DNA of 64,000 bases from contig CAQPRV010000107.1 of the NCBI GenBank assembly GCA_948857205.1, positions 9,272 to 73,271 on the forward strand, written 5' to 3'. The position numbers and the translations under genes were made by a program. Origin of the DNA: an uncultured Clostridia bacterium (lineage in GTDB: Bacteria; Bacillota; Clostridia; TANB77; CAG-508). Positions 47,207 through 57,139 of the stretch are shown one piece after another (position 1 is the stretch's first letter; every line of letters begins with the position of its first letter). Below the pieces are notes generated by a model. That model had not been told where the DNA came from and ran no database searches. It worked only from the letters and a program-made list of their open reading frames with translations.

Positions 47207-49183
47207 TTATCTATCAAATTCGTTATATTTTCCTTGACTTAATTTTTTATTGTTATTTTTTTGTTCTTTAGTAGTTTTTTGTAACTTCTCAATCATTTCA
47301 TTTAAATTGCACCAAGCAATGTAAGTTATAGTTCCATCTTCATTGAATACACCTGTTCTTAACATAACATCTGCATCTTTTTCAACTCCTATTTTATATA
47401 ACTTATCTATATTTTCTATTTCACCATCTTGTATAATGTCATTATCTTTTATTACTCTTACTAAATCACAATACAAATTATCATAATCATAGGACATTTT
47501 CGCTATATCATTTTCAACTTTATAGCTTGTTTTATATACTTTATCTCCTTTTTTTAAGCTAATTCCATTTTTTAAGTAATTTCTAATTAAACTTTCTTTT
47601 TGTTTTTGAATAACTTTTTCTGTTTCATGTTTATTTTTTAATTTTTCTGAAATTATATTTTCTTCTTTTCCTAATTGTTTATTTTGTTTAGTATCTTTAT
47701 CTAAAACTTCTTCAATTTTAGAAGATTCTTGTACATTTCTGTCAATACAATGTTTAACAAAAAATCCTGATGATATTCCTAGAGTAGCAAGTATAGCCAA
47801 GACTGTCATGGGTTTTAAATCTTTTTTATGAGTTTTAATTTTACTAAAAGTATCTTGAACGAAAAAATCCATATTATATGCAATATCTTTTATTTTTCTA
47901 TTAATAATATCAATAATGTCTCTATCATTTTTTCTTCCCATAAATCTTTTGGATTCTGAACTTACAAAGGAAGGTTTCTTTATCTTATTTTTAATTTTCA
48001 TTTTAATTGGTATATTTTCTTCATCCTCTTGATTAATCATTTTTTTATCAGGAGTCAATTTAAAAGAATTTTTTATTTTTATACTAATTTTTTTATAAAG
48101 ATTTTTTGAGTCATTAATATTAGTATTACCAAAGATACTAGATGTTATATCCTTTTGTAAATCTTTAATATCAGTTAATTCTAATTTCCTATTTTGTCTG
48201 CTATCAGCTCGTTCTATTATTGTTTTTATAGTTTCTAATTGTTCTGTTTCATTTTCATCACAATCTATAACAAATTTATTAAGCTCATCAAGAAAGTCTT
48301 GTTCAGATTTACAGTTTTTAAAGGTTTTTAATTTCCTAATGTTGTTCTCAAAATTCATGCAAAAATTCTCAGTTGTACTTAATAATTCTTCATTCTTTCC
48401 ATCTCTTTTAAGTTCTTCTTGCAGTTTTTTTGCTTCTAAATATTTCTTTGACATTTCTTTTTCATTTTCTCTTACATACATAAAGTCTAGCATTCTAGTA
48501 AAAAGAATTCCTACTTCTTTAGACATATTTAGAGTGTTAAAAATATAATTATAGTCCCCATCTTTAAATTTTTTCATTATTTCAATGGCATTACCATTTT
48601 TAATTTCTAACCTTTTTTGAATAATATCAAATATATGAGTAAGTTTCTCATAAGATATGTTTTCATCATTTTTTAATATGTTTTTTCTAAACCATTCTGT
48701 ATATCCTTCGTTAGCTCCTCTTCCAAACTCATTTATATAAGAACCTGCGTGAAATAGTTTCATAGTAATTTGACTAATAAGTTCCATTGTTCTATTTATT
48801 TTGCTTGTTCTTAAATATTCATTAAATTCGGGACTTCTATCTACCATTTTTAATAATCCAGTACCTATTATTTGTCCATTTTCATCTCTTTTAATCAGAA
48901 ATTTATGTATTAATTCATGAAGTGATACTCCTCTGTAATATTTAATATTTGAATCAAATTCAAATGAATTTAATTCATGTCCTAGTTGTGCAAATAATGC
49001 TATAGTTGGATTATCCATTTTCGCATATCCTGCAATATGTTCATCAAAAGGTTTCAATTCTAAAAATTTAAATTCTTTTTCAAACTTCTTTACTACATCA
49101 TCTATATTAAACCCTCCATAGGATTGAAAATATACCAATCCTAAAAATATCATTTTTGCTCTTATAATTTCTGCATCTTTCAT
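47207..49183 (-). CDS. Hypothetical 658-aa membrane-spanning protein with a zincin-like HExxH motif
   Basis: SLHELIHKF, then GANEGYTEW about 80 aa later (gluzincin-like third ligand). Single TM MTVLAILATLGISSGFFV near residue 470. Confidence 0.5.
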   Translation of the reverse strand: MKDAEIIRAKMIFLGLVYFQSYGGFNIDDVVKKFEKEFKFLELKPFDEHIAGYAKMDNPTIALFAQLGHELNSFEFDSNIKYYRGVSLHELIHKFLIKRDENGQIIGTGLLKMVDRSPEFNEYLRTSKINRTMELISQITMKLFHAGSYINEFGRGANEGYTEWFRKNILKNDENISYEKLTHIFDIIQKRLEIKNGNAIEIMKKFKDGDYNYIFNTLNMSKEVGILFTRMLDFMYVRENEKEMSKKYLEAKKLQEELKRDGKNEELLSTTENFCMNFENNIRKLKTFKNCKSEQDFLDELNKFVIDCDENETEQLETIKTIIERADSRQNRKLELTDIKDLQKDITSSIFGNTNINDSKNLYKKISIKIKNSFKLTPDKKMINQEDEENIPIKMKIKNKIKKPSFVSSESKRFMGRKNDRDIIDIINRKIKDIAYNMDFFVQDTFSKIKTHKKDLKPMTVLAILATLGISSGFFVKHCIDRNVQESSKIEEVLDKDTKQNKQLGKEENIISEKLKNKHETEKVIQKQKESLIRNYLKNGISLKKGDKVYKTSYKVENDIAKMSYDYDNLYCDLVRVIKDNDIIQDGEIENIDKLYKIGVEKDADVMLRTGVFNEDGTITYIAWCNLNEMIEKLQKTTKEQKNNNKKLSQGKYNEFDR

Positions 49184-49415
49184 TATTTTTATTTCCTTTC
49201 TTTATAATTATCTGTACTATTCATATGTAAATCTTATTGCGATTTACATAAAGTCTAATAATTACATTTTAACATAAATTATGTTTTATTGTCAATCACT
49301 TCTTTTTTATATCTAGGTAAAAATTAATTTATAAGACAAAGAAAATTATAAAGTAAGTTTTAAAATTTGATTTTTTATACAATAGGAAAGTTATACTTCC
49401 ATATTGTATAAAAGC

Positions 49416-49505
49416 TACAATCGCTAGCCCTTTGAGATTTTTTACTTACAGTCGAAAACTCAAATCGGGCGAGAACAAATTAAAGAAAATCTTTGATTTT
49501 CTTAT
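49416..49505 (-). repeat. 90-nt intergenic repeat, copy B (inverted relative to copy A)
   Basis: See copy A. This copy lies about 230 nt upstream of the minus-strand gene starting at 49183. Confidence 0.75.
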
Positions 49506-49556
49506 TTGTTCTGTTATAATATATAAATAATAAGAAAATGAAAGGAATACAAAAAC

Positions 49557-50279
49557 ATGATATATTCAGAAACATTTAAAATAGGATTAAAAGATATAGG
49601 AAAAAATAATAAAATAAAAAATAGAGCAATATTAGAATTCTTAGAAGACATAGGAGGATATCATTCAGACACTGCAGGATATGGAGTAAACCAAATAGAA
49701 GAAACACAATTAAGTTGGATACTACTAGACTGGAAACTAGAAGTAAAAAACAGACCAAAATATGGAGACAAACTAGAAATACATACATGGGCAAGAGGAA
49801 TAAACAAATTTTTCACCTATCGAGATTATGAAATATATAATCAAAAAGGAGAAAAATGTGCAATAGCAACATCAAAATGGGTATTAATGAACATATCAAA
49901 GGGAAAACTAGAAAGAATAACAGACAACATAATGGAAGAGTACCATCCAGAAGAACAACAAGTATTTACAGAAGAACTAGATAAAATTAAAATACCAACA
50001 GAATATAATTCAAAAATAGAATACAAGGTTAAAAGAAAAGATATAGATCTAAACAAACATATGCATAATTTATACTATTTAGACCTAGCCTATGAAACCT
50101 TACCAGAGGATGTATATGAGCAAAGACCTTTTAATAAAGTACGAATTGTATATAAAAAAGAAATAAAATTAGGAGAAAAAATATATTGCTATTATACAAA
50201 AGAAAAAAAAAAAAATGTAATAACAATAAAAAGCGAAGATAATAATACAATACACGCAGTAATAGAATTAGAGCAATAA
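49557..50279 (+). CDS. Acyl-ACP thioesterase
   Basis: Double hot-dog. SWILLDWKLEV...GDKLEIHTW and YRDYEIY are typical of the FatA/B-like family. Confidence 0.8.
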   Translation: MIYSETFKIGLKDIGKNNKIKNRAILEFLEDIGGYHSDTAGYGVNQIEETQLSWILLDWKLEVKNRPKYGDKLEIHTWARGINKFFTYRDYEIYNQKGEKCAIATSKWVLMNISKGKLERITDNIMEEYHPEEQQVFTEELDKIKIPTEYNSKIEYKVKRKDIDLNKHMHNLYYLDLAYETLPEDVYEQRPFNKVRIVYKKEIKLGEKIYCYYTKEKKKNVITIKSEDNNTIHAVIELEQ

Positions 50280-50282
50280 GGA

Positions 50283-50423
50283 TTTTGGGGACGGAGGAAA
50301 AAACAGTGGCTATTAATTTTTGAGATTATTCTAAGAACAGTGGAAAAAAATCTTTGTTTATTAATTTTTATAATAAGAATAAAAGTAATAATTTAAATCA
50401 TAATTTTTTTCTCCATCCGCAAA
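50283..50423. repeat. Inverted pair of TTGGGGAYGGAGRAAAAA-family repeats
   Basis: ttttggggacggaggaaaaaa (50283..50303) and tttttttctccatccgcaaa (50404..50423). They belong to the same family as 33783..33876 and 41666..41680. Confidence 0.5.
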
Positions 50424-50434
50424 CAAAAAAATGT

Positions 50435-50463
50435 TTGACATCTATTTGTTTGTGTGATATTAT
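50435..50463 (+). promoter_or_regulatory. lexA promoter (extended -10)
   Basis: TTGACA, 17 nt ending in TGA, TATTAT. Confidence 0.6.
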
Positions 50464-50495
50464 ATAACAAATTATAAAAAAATGGAGTGATAAAT

Positions 50496-51149
50496 ATGCC
50501 AAAAAAGAAGAAACCAGAACTAAATAAAAGAGAGAAAGCTATACTAAAATTTATTGAAAAGCAAATTATGACACAAGGATATCCACCATCTGTAAGAGAA
50601 ATAGGTAAAGCAGTAGGGCTAAGTTCAACAGCAACAGTACATGGATACTTAGCCAAACTAGATGAAAAAGGATACATCAAAAAGCAAGACAAAAAAGGAA
50701 GAACCCTAAGACTATTAAAAGGAGGAACAGGAGAACCTAAAGCAACATCAAGTAAAGACTTTTACACACAAAAAGAACTAGTAGAAGTACCAATAATAGG
50801 GAAAATAACAGCAGGAGAACCAATATTAGCAGTAGAAAATGTAACAGATACCTTTCCAATTCCTATTGACTTTGTTGGAAACTCAGAAAGTTTTATGCTA
50901 ACAGTTAGAGGAGAAAGTATGATAGAAGCAGGAATATTAGATGGAGACTATATACTAGTTAAAAAGCAAAACACTGCAAATAATGGAGAAATAGTAGTAG
51001 CCTTAATAGACGAAGAAGCAACAGTAAAAACCTTTTACAAAGAAATGGACCATATAAGACTACAACCAGAAAATAGTACAATGGATCCAATAATAGTACC
51101 AACCTGTGAAATATTAGGAAAAGTAGCAGGAGTATTTAGAAAAATGTAA
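50496..51149 (+). CDS. lexA: LexA repressor
   Basis: w[24 protein letters not shown], cleavage site AG (ITAGEP), S24 peptidase GESM...Lys. The ATG at 50496 follows GGAG by 8 nt. Confidence 0.93.
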   Translation: MPKKKKPELNKREKAILKFIEKQIMTQGYPPSVREIGKAVGLSSTATVHGYLAKLDEKGYIKKQDKKGRTLRLLKGGTGEPKATSSKDFYTQKELVEVPIIGKITAGEPILAVENVTDTFPIPIDFVGNSESFMLTVRGESMIEAGILDGDYILVKKQNTANNGEIVVALIDEEATVKTFYKEMDHIRLQPENSTMDPIIVPTCEILGKVAGVFRKM

Positions 51150-51324
51150 AAAATCTAAAATTCACATAACTTTCACAGAACTATATTGACATAAATACAC
51201 TGTATCACATATAATGATACAGTGTATTTAGTTTAAGAGAATTTAAGGAAATTACTAAAAAATATTAAATAAAAATATAACAAAAGTAGTAATAAAATAA
51301 CCTAAAAAAAGGAAGGAGAAAAAA

Positions 51325-53625
51325 ATGCTAAAAATATTAAAAAATTTAAAAAAATCTTTTTGGTCAGTTGTAATAATAGTTGTACTTTTATGCTTACAAG
51401 CAGCAGCAGATTTAGCCTTGCCTGATTATACATCAAAAATAGTAAATATAGGAATACAAGCAGGAGGAATTGAAACAGCAGTACCTAAAATAATCTCAAA
51501 AGAAGATATGGAAGCCCTATTAATTTTTAACAATACAGATGAAATTATAGAAAACTATAGTCTAATAGAAGAAACAATCTCAAAAGAGCAAGAAAAAATA
51601 ATAAAAAAATATTTAGGTAAAGAATATAAGATTGAACCAGATACAATATATGTATTAAATAATATAGAAGAGAAAAAAGAGCAAGAATTATCAAAAATTT
51701 TAGCAACACCTTTGATGGAATTAACAACAATTAAAAATGAAGAAATAGCTAACAAAATAAAAGAACAAATGGTATCAAATATTCCAGAAACACAAAAACA
51801 ATATATATTATCACAAAATTTAATTGATTTAATAAAAAACATACCAGAAGAACAAAGGAGCAAAATTTTAGAGCAATTCACAAATAAAATAAACGAAATG
51901 GCAGATTCAATAAAAGAACAAGCAGCAATATCATCAGTAAAAGAGATTTATAAAAATTTAGGTGTAGATACAGATAAATTACAAAATGACTATATATTTT
52001 TATCTGGAATACAAATGTTAGGAGTAGCATTAGTTAGTATGGTATCTGCAGTACTAATAATGTTATATTCATCAAGAGTTGCAGCAAAGCTTGGTCAAAT
52101 ACTAAGAGAAAAAGTATTTAATAAAGTACTAAGCTTTTCAAATAAAGAACTAAGTGAATTTTCAACTGCATCCTTAATAACACGAAGCACAAATGACATC
52201 CAACAAATTCAGCAATTAATTACAATGTTATTTAGAGTATTAATATATGCTCCAATAATTGGTGTAGGAGGATTTATAAAAGTACTAACAAATAGTGATA
52301 ACTCAATGGCATGGATTATAGGAGTAGCAATACTTGCAATATTATTTGTAGTTGGAACTTTGTTTATAGTAGCAATGCCAAAATTCAAAAAATTGCAAGA
52401 CTTAACAGACAAATTAAATCTAGTGTCTAGAGAAATATTGACAGGGTTACCAGTAATAAGAGCCTTTAATAAAGAAAATAGAGAAGAAGCAAGATTTGAT
52501 GATGCAAATAAAGACTTAATGAAAACAAATATCTTTGTAAATAGAGCAATGTCAATGATGATGCCTATGTTAATGTTCATAATGAATTCAATGATGATAT
52601 TAATTATATGGGTTGGAGGTCAAGGGGTAGATAAAGGTTTACTACAAGTTGGAGACATGATGGCCTTTATACAATACATGATGCAAATACTAATGTCCTT
52701 CTTAATGATATCAATGATTTCAATAATGTTACCAAGAGCATCTGTATCAGCAAAACGTATAAATGAAGTAATAGAAACAGAACCTGACATTCAGAATAAA
52801 AAAGAAACAAAATATTTTGACACAAATAAGAAAGGATTAGTTGAATTTAAAAATGTAAGTTTTAGATATCCAGATGCAGACACAGAAATACTAGAAGATA
52901 TCAATTTTACTGCAAGACCAGGAGAAACTACAGCAATAATAGGAAGTACAGGAAGTGGAAAATCTACGATTGTAAACCTAATACCTAGATTTTATGATGT
53001 AACAGGTGGAGAATTATTAATAGATGGTGTAAACATAAAAAATGTAGAATTAAAAAAATTAAGAGACATAATAGGTTTTGTACCACAAAAGGGAATTTTA
53101 TTTTCAGGAACAATAGAATCAAACATAAAATATTCTGATGAAAATATGTCTGATGAACAAATGATAGAAGCAGCAAGAATTGCACAAGCAACAGAATTTA
53201 TTGAAGGAAAAGATAAAAAGTATAAAGATGAAATTGCACAAGGTGGAGGAAATGTAAGTGGAGGTCAAAAGCAACGTTTATCAATAGCAAGAGCAATTGC
53301 AAAAGATCCAGAAATATTTGTATTTGATGACAGTTTTTCTGCCTTAGACTTTAAAACAGATGCTATTTTAAGAGAAGCCTTAGCTGAAAAAACAGAAGAT
53401 AAAACAGTAATAATAGTTGCACAAAGAATTAGTACAATACTAAAGGCAGATCAAATTATAGTATTAGAAGAAGGAAAAGTAGTAGGAATAGGAACACATG
53501 AAGAATTAATGAAAGAAAATGAAACTTATAGACAAATAGCCTTGTCGCAATTAACAGAAGAAGAACTTTCAAATAATGGAGAAAAGAATAGTGATAATAA
53601 AGATAAAAAAGGAAAGGAGGAATAG
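51325..53625 (+). CDS. ABC exporter permease/ATPase subunit (heterodimer partner 1) with a ~190-aa insertion between TM1 and TM2
   Basis: GSTGSGKST Walker A, VSGGQKQR signature, FVFDD Walker B. 766 aa, against about 580 for canonical members. Confidence 0.9.
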   Translation: MLKILKNLKKSFWSVVIIVVLLCLQAAADLALPDYTSKIVNIGIQAGGIETAVPKIISKEDMEALLIFNNTDEIIENYSLIEETISKEQEKIIKKYLGKEYKIEPDTIYVLNNIEEKKEQELSKILATPLMELTTIKNEEIANKIKEQMVSNIPETQKQYILSQNLIDLIKNIPEEQRSKILEQFTNKINEMADSIKEQAAISSVKEIYKNLGVDTDKLQNDYIFLSGIQMLGVALVSMVSAVLIMLYSSRVAAKLGQILREKVFNKVLSFSNKELSEFSTASLITRSTNDIQQIQQLITMLFRVLIYAPIIGVGGFIKVLTNSDNSMAWIIGVAILAILFVVGTLFIVAMPKFKKLQDLTDKLNLVSREILTGLPVIRAFNKENREEARFDDANKDLMKTNIFVNRAMSMMMPMLMFIMNSMMILIIWVGGQGVDKGLLQVGDMMAFIQYMMQILMSFLMISMISIMLPRASVSAKRINEVIETEPDIQNKKETKYFDTNKKGLVEFKNVSFRYPDADTEILEDINFTARPGETTAIIGSTGSGKSTIVNLIPRFYDVTGGELLIDGVNIKNVELKKLRDIIGFVPQKGILFSGTIESNIKYSDENMSDEQMIEAARIAQATEFIEGKDKKYKDEIAQGGGNVSGGQKQRLSIARAIAKDPEIFVFDDSFSALDFKTDAILREALAEKTEDKTVIIVAQRISTILKADQIIVLEEGKVVGIGTHEELMKENETYRQIALSQLTEEELSNNGEKNSDNKDKKGKEE

Positions 53626-53627
53626 AA

Positions 53628-55463
53628 ATGCCAGGACCAAGAGGTGGACTAGGACATGGACCAAATGCAGCAGCAACACAAGAAAAACCAAAAAACTTCA
53701 TGAATACAACAAAAAAATTAATAAAAGACTATCTATCAAAATATAAATTAGCTTTAATAATTGTATTCATATTTGCAATAGGAAGTACAATATTTACAAT
53801 AGTTGGACCAAAAATATTAGGAAATGCAACAACAGAAATTTTTAATGGTTTAATAAGTAAATTATCAGGTGGAAGTGGAATTGATTTTGGAAAAATAGCA
53901 CAAATTTTAATAACTTTACTTATATTATACATAATAAGTGCTCTATTCTCCTTTATCCAAGGATTTACCATGACAAGTATATCACAAAAACTAACCTATA
54001 AATTGAGAAACGATCTTGCAATAAAAATTAATAAATTACCAATGAAATATTTTGACAAAAAAACTCATGGTGAAGTATTATCAATAATAACAAATGATAT
54101 TGACACTTTAAGTATGAACTTAAATCAAAGTATTACACAAATAATTACTGCAATATGTACATTAATAGGAATATTGGTAATGATGTTTTCTATTAGTTGG
54201 CAAATGACAATTATATCACTTATAGTATTACCAATATCAATACTAATTGTAAAACAAGTAGTAGGAAAATCACAAAAATATTTCAAAAAACAACAAGATT
54301 ATTTAGGACATGTAAATGGTCAGGTAGAAGAAGTATATAGCGGATTAAATGTTATTAAAGTATTTAATGGAGAAGAAAAAGCAGAGACCGAATTTAAAAA
54401 AGCAAATGAAGAATTATATCATTCAGGTTGGAAATCACAGTTTTTATCAGGATTAATGCATCCCTTAATGAATTTTATAGGAAATGTATCATATGCAGCA
54501 GTTGCAGCAGTGGGAGGATATTTAGCAGTAAAAGGAACAATAACAGTTGGAAATATTCAAAGTTTTATTCAATACAATAAACAATTTACACAACCAATAT
54601 CACAAATAGCACAAATATCAGGAATGTTACAAGCAATGGTTGCAGCAGCTGAAAGGGTATTCGATTTTTTAGAAGAACAAGAGGAAGAAGAAACATCAAA
54701 AGGAAATATTGATATAACTAAATTAAAAGGAAATGTTGAGTTTAAAAACGTACATTTTGGATACAATCCAGAAAAAACAATAATAAATGATTTTAGTGCA
54801 GAAATAAAACAAGGACAAAAAATAGCAATAGTTGGACCAACTGGTGCTGGAAAAACAACAATAGTAAAATTATTAATGAGATTTTATGATGTTAATTCAG
54901 GTGAAATTTTAATTGATGGTCATAATATAAAAGATTTTACAAGAGGAGAGCTTCGTAAAAGGTTTGGAATGGTACTACAAGATACTTGGTTATTTGGAGG
55001 AACAGTTCAAGACAATATAAAATATGGAAAAGAAGATGCAACAGAAGATGAAGTAATAAGAGCAGCAAAAGCAGCTCATGTACATCACTTTATAAAAACT
55101 TTACCTAAAGGTTATAATTCAGTATTAAATGAAGAGTCAAGTAATGTATCTGCAGGTCAAAAACAATTATTAACAATTGCAAGAGTTATATTAACAGATC
55201 CTAAAATATTAATTCTAGACGAAGCAACAAGTTCTATAGATACAAGAACAGAAATACAAATTCAAAAAGCAATGGATAATTTAATGGAAGGTAGAACAAG
55301 TTTTATAATAGCACATAGGTTATCGACAATAAAAAATGCAGATTTAATATTAGTTATGAATCATGGTGATATAGTTGAACAAGGAAATCATGAAGAATTA
55401 CTTGCAAAAAATGGCTTTTATGCAGATTTATACAATAGTCAATTTGATGAGGAAGAAGATTGA
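53628..55463 (+). CDS. ABC exporter permease/ATPase subunit (heterodimer partner 2)
   Basis: GPTGAGKTT, VSAGQKQL, LILDEATS. The start lies 2 nt after the partner's stop. Confidence 0.9.
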   Translation: MPGPRGGLGHGPNAAATQEKPKNFMNTTKKLIKDYLSKYKLALIIVFIFAIGSTIFTIVGPKILGNATTEIFNGLISKLSGGSGIDFGKIAQILITLLILYIISALFSFIQGFTMTSISQKLTYKLRNDLAIKINKLPMKYFDKKTHGEVLSIITNDIDTLSMNLNQSITQIITAICTLIGILVMMFSISWQMTIISLIVLPISILIVKQVVGKSQKYFKKQQDYLGHVNGQVEEVYSGLNVIKVFNGEEKAETEFKKANEELYHSGWKSQFLSGLMHPLMNFIGNVSYAAVAAVGGYLAVKGTITVGNIQSFIQYNKQFTQPISQIAQISGMLQAMVAAAERVFDFLEEQEEEETSKGNIDITKLKGNVEFKNVHFGYNPEKTIINDFSAEIKQGQKIAIVGPTGAGKTTIVKLLMRFYDVNSGEILIDGHNIKDFTRGELRKRFGMVLQDTWLFGGTVQDNIKYGKEDATEDEVIRAAKAAHVHHFIKTLPKGYNSVLNEESSNVSAGQKQLLTIARVILTDPKILILDEATSSIDTRTEIQIQKAMDNLMEGRTSFIIAHRLSTIKNADLILVMNHGDIVEQGNHEELLAKNGFYADLYNSQFDEEED

Positions 55464-55686
55464 GATTTTGTACAGTAATAAATTGTCTAATTATATTTTC
55501 CTAAAATTATATATTAACGGGGAGGAAATAATATATTTCCTTCTCGTTTTTTATGTGTACAAATAAGTTAGCAAAAATCTATCTTAATTACAGTTTTTTA
55601 TATTTAGATAAAAAATAATTATTATACACATAAAAAAGATAAAAATGTATAAAATAATTACAAAAATTAAAAAAGGAAAAATACAA

Positions 55687-56592
55687 ATGACATATGATAT
55701 AATTATTATAGGTGGTGGACCAGCTGGGGTAACATCAGCTATATATGCCTTAAGAGCAAATAAAAGAGTCTTATTATTAGAAAAAGAAATAATAGGAGGA
55801 AAAGTTGCATCCTCTCCATTAATAGAAAATTATCCAGGAATAATGAATATAAATGGTGTAGAATTATCTGATGATTTAAATAAACAATTAATTAGTTTAG
55901 GTGTAGAAATACTTAGAAAAACAGTAATAGATCTTCAATATGAAGGAGCAGTGAAAAAAATAATAACAAAAGATGAAATATATGAAGCACAAGCAATTAT
56001 TATTGCTACAGGTACAAAATATAAAAAATTAGGAATTGAAAAAGAGGATGAATTTATAGGTAAAGGAATTTCATTTTGTGCAATATGTGATGGATTTTTT
56101 TATAAAAATAAAACTGTTGCTGTAATTGGTGGAGGAAATACAGCAGTTGCAAATGCACTAGAACTAGCAAATATTTGCGAAAAGATATATCTTGTACAAA
56201 ATCTAGAATATCTAACAGCAGAATATATTTTAACTGAACAACTTTATAAAAATAAAAAAGTTGAAATTTTATATAATCATTCTATTACCAAGATATTAGG
56301 AGACGAAAAGTTAAGTGGAATAGAGTTAACTTCAAATAACAAAACAAAAATTCTAAAAATAGATGGAATATTTTTAGCAATTGGTCAAATACCAGAAACT
56401 GAGTTTATAAACAAAGAAAAAGTTAAGGTAGATGAAATGGGCTATATAATTATAGATGAAAAGTGCAGAACAAATATAGAAGGAATATTTGCAGGTGGAG
56501 ATTGTGTAAGTAAAGAAATAAGACAATTAACAACAGCTGTAAGTGATGGTACTATAGCAGCTTTAAATGCTATAAAGTATTTAAGGGTATAA
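55687..56592 (+). CDS. Thioredoxin-reductase-like flavoprotein (low-Mr TrxR fold) lacking the NADPH HRRxxxR motif
   Basis: GGGPAG FAD motif, redox CAICDG, second GGGNTAV motif followed by YLVQNLEYLTAE where NADPH-dependent TrxR has HRRDxxRA. The start is set at MTYDIIIIGGG. Confidence 0.8.
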   Translation: MTYDIIIIGGGPAGVTSAIYALRANKRVLLLEKEIIGGKVASSPLIENYPGIMNINGVELSDDLNKQLISLGVEILRKTVIDLQYEGAVKKIITKDEIYEAQAIIIATGTKYKKLGIEKEDEFIGKGISFCAICDGFFYKNKTVAVIGGGNTAVANALELANICEKIYLVQNLEYLTAEYILTEQLYKNKKVEILYNHSITKILGDEKLSGIELTSNNKTKILKIDGIFLAIGQIPETEFINKEKVKVDEMGYIIIDEKCRTNIEGIFAGGDCVSKEIRQLTTAVSDGTIAALNAIKYLRV

Positions 56593-56622
56593 AAAAAGTT
56601 CAAAATATGTGAAAATTTGCTA

Positions 56623-56650
56623 TTTACAAATACATTTTTTTTGATATAAT
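56623..56650 (+). promoter_or_regulatory. Promoter for the small hydrophobic peptide gene
   Basis: TTTACA, 16 nt ending in TGA, TATAAT. Confidence 0.5.
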
Positions 56651-56680
56651 TAAAATATCTCTAAAAGGAGGTAGCACATA

Positions 56681-56797
56681 ATGAAAAAAAAACTATTAGT
56701 AATACTACTAATAGTAGTATTACTAATTGTGGTCATTATTTTGTTTGATGACCATAATCAATATGTTTACAGTACTTTTTATAGTACTGTAGATTAA
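56681..56797 (+). CDS. Small hydrophobic peptide (38 aa)
   Basis: AAAGGAGG SD 8 nt before the ATG. MKKKLLVILLIVVLLIVVIILFDDHNQYVYSTFYSTVD. A hairpin acagtact/agtactgt overlaps the stop. It is below the track's size cut-off. Confidence 0.4.
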   Translation: MKKKLLVILLIVVLLIVVIILFDDHNQYVYSTFYSTVD

Positions 56798-57139
56798 GTA
56801 GAAAGGCACTTACTATATATTATATAAATATATAGTGGTGCTGATTTTTCATTATATAAAATATATTGTACATAAATTAACTAAAAATGTTTTATTTTTA
56901 TTATTTGTTCTATGAGAAAAATTATAAAAAGATAATTAATAAAAAAGATTCCTAATTATATTTAGATTAGTATAAAAAAATAAACTACTCTAAATTTTAA
57001 CATTAAACTAAAAAAATAGGTTCTTAAAACACTTGAAAACACTACAATGTTAAAATCAGTTGACAAAGTTCCAACCAAAATTGATAGAATGCAACGAAGA
57101 AAACAAGTATAATTTAAAAATTAGAGAGGAGTGAATAGA

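Noticed and set aside
50420-50437. Palindrome CAAACAAAAAAATGTTTG overlapping the lexA -35 as a LexA (Cheo) box
   Set aside because: The spacing between half-sites does not fit the GAAC-N4-GTTC architecture known for Gram-positive LexA. It may still be regulatory, but I cannot support the call.
53628-53700. Compositionally odd Gly/Pro-rich N-terminus (MPGPRGGLGHGPNAAATQEKP) of the second ABC subunit, considered as a possible mis-start or foreign segment
   Set aside because: Similar G/P-rich N-terminal tails are common in this heterodimeric exporter subfamily as I recall it. The ATG is tightly coupled to the upstream stop and has a GGAGG SD.
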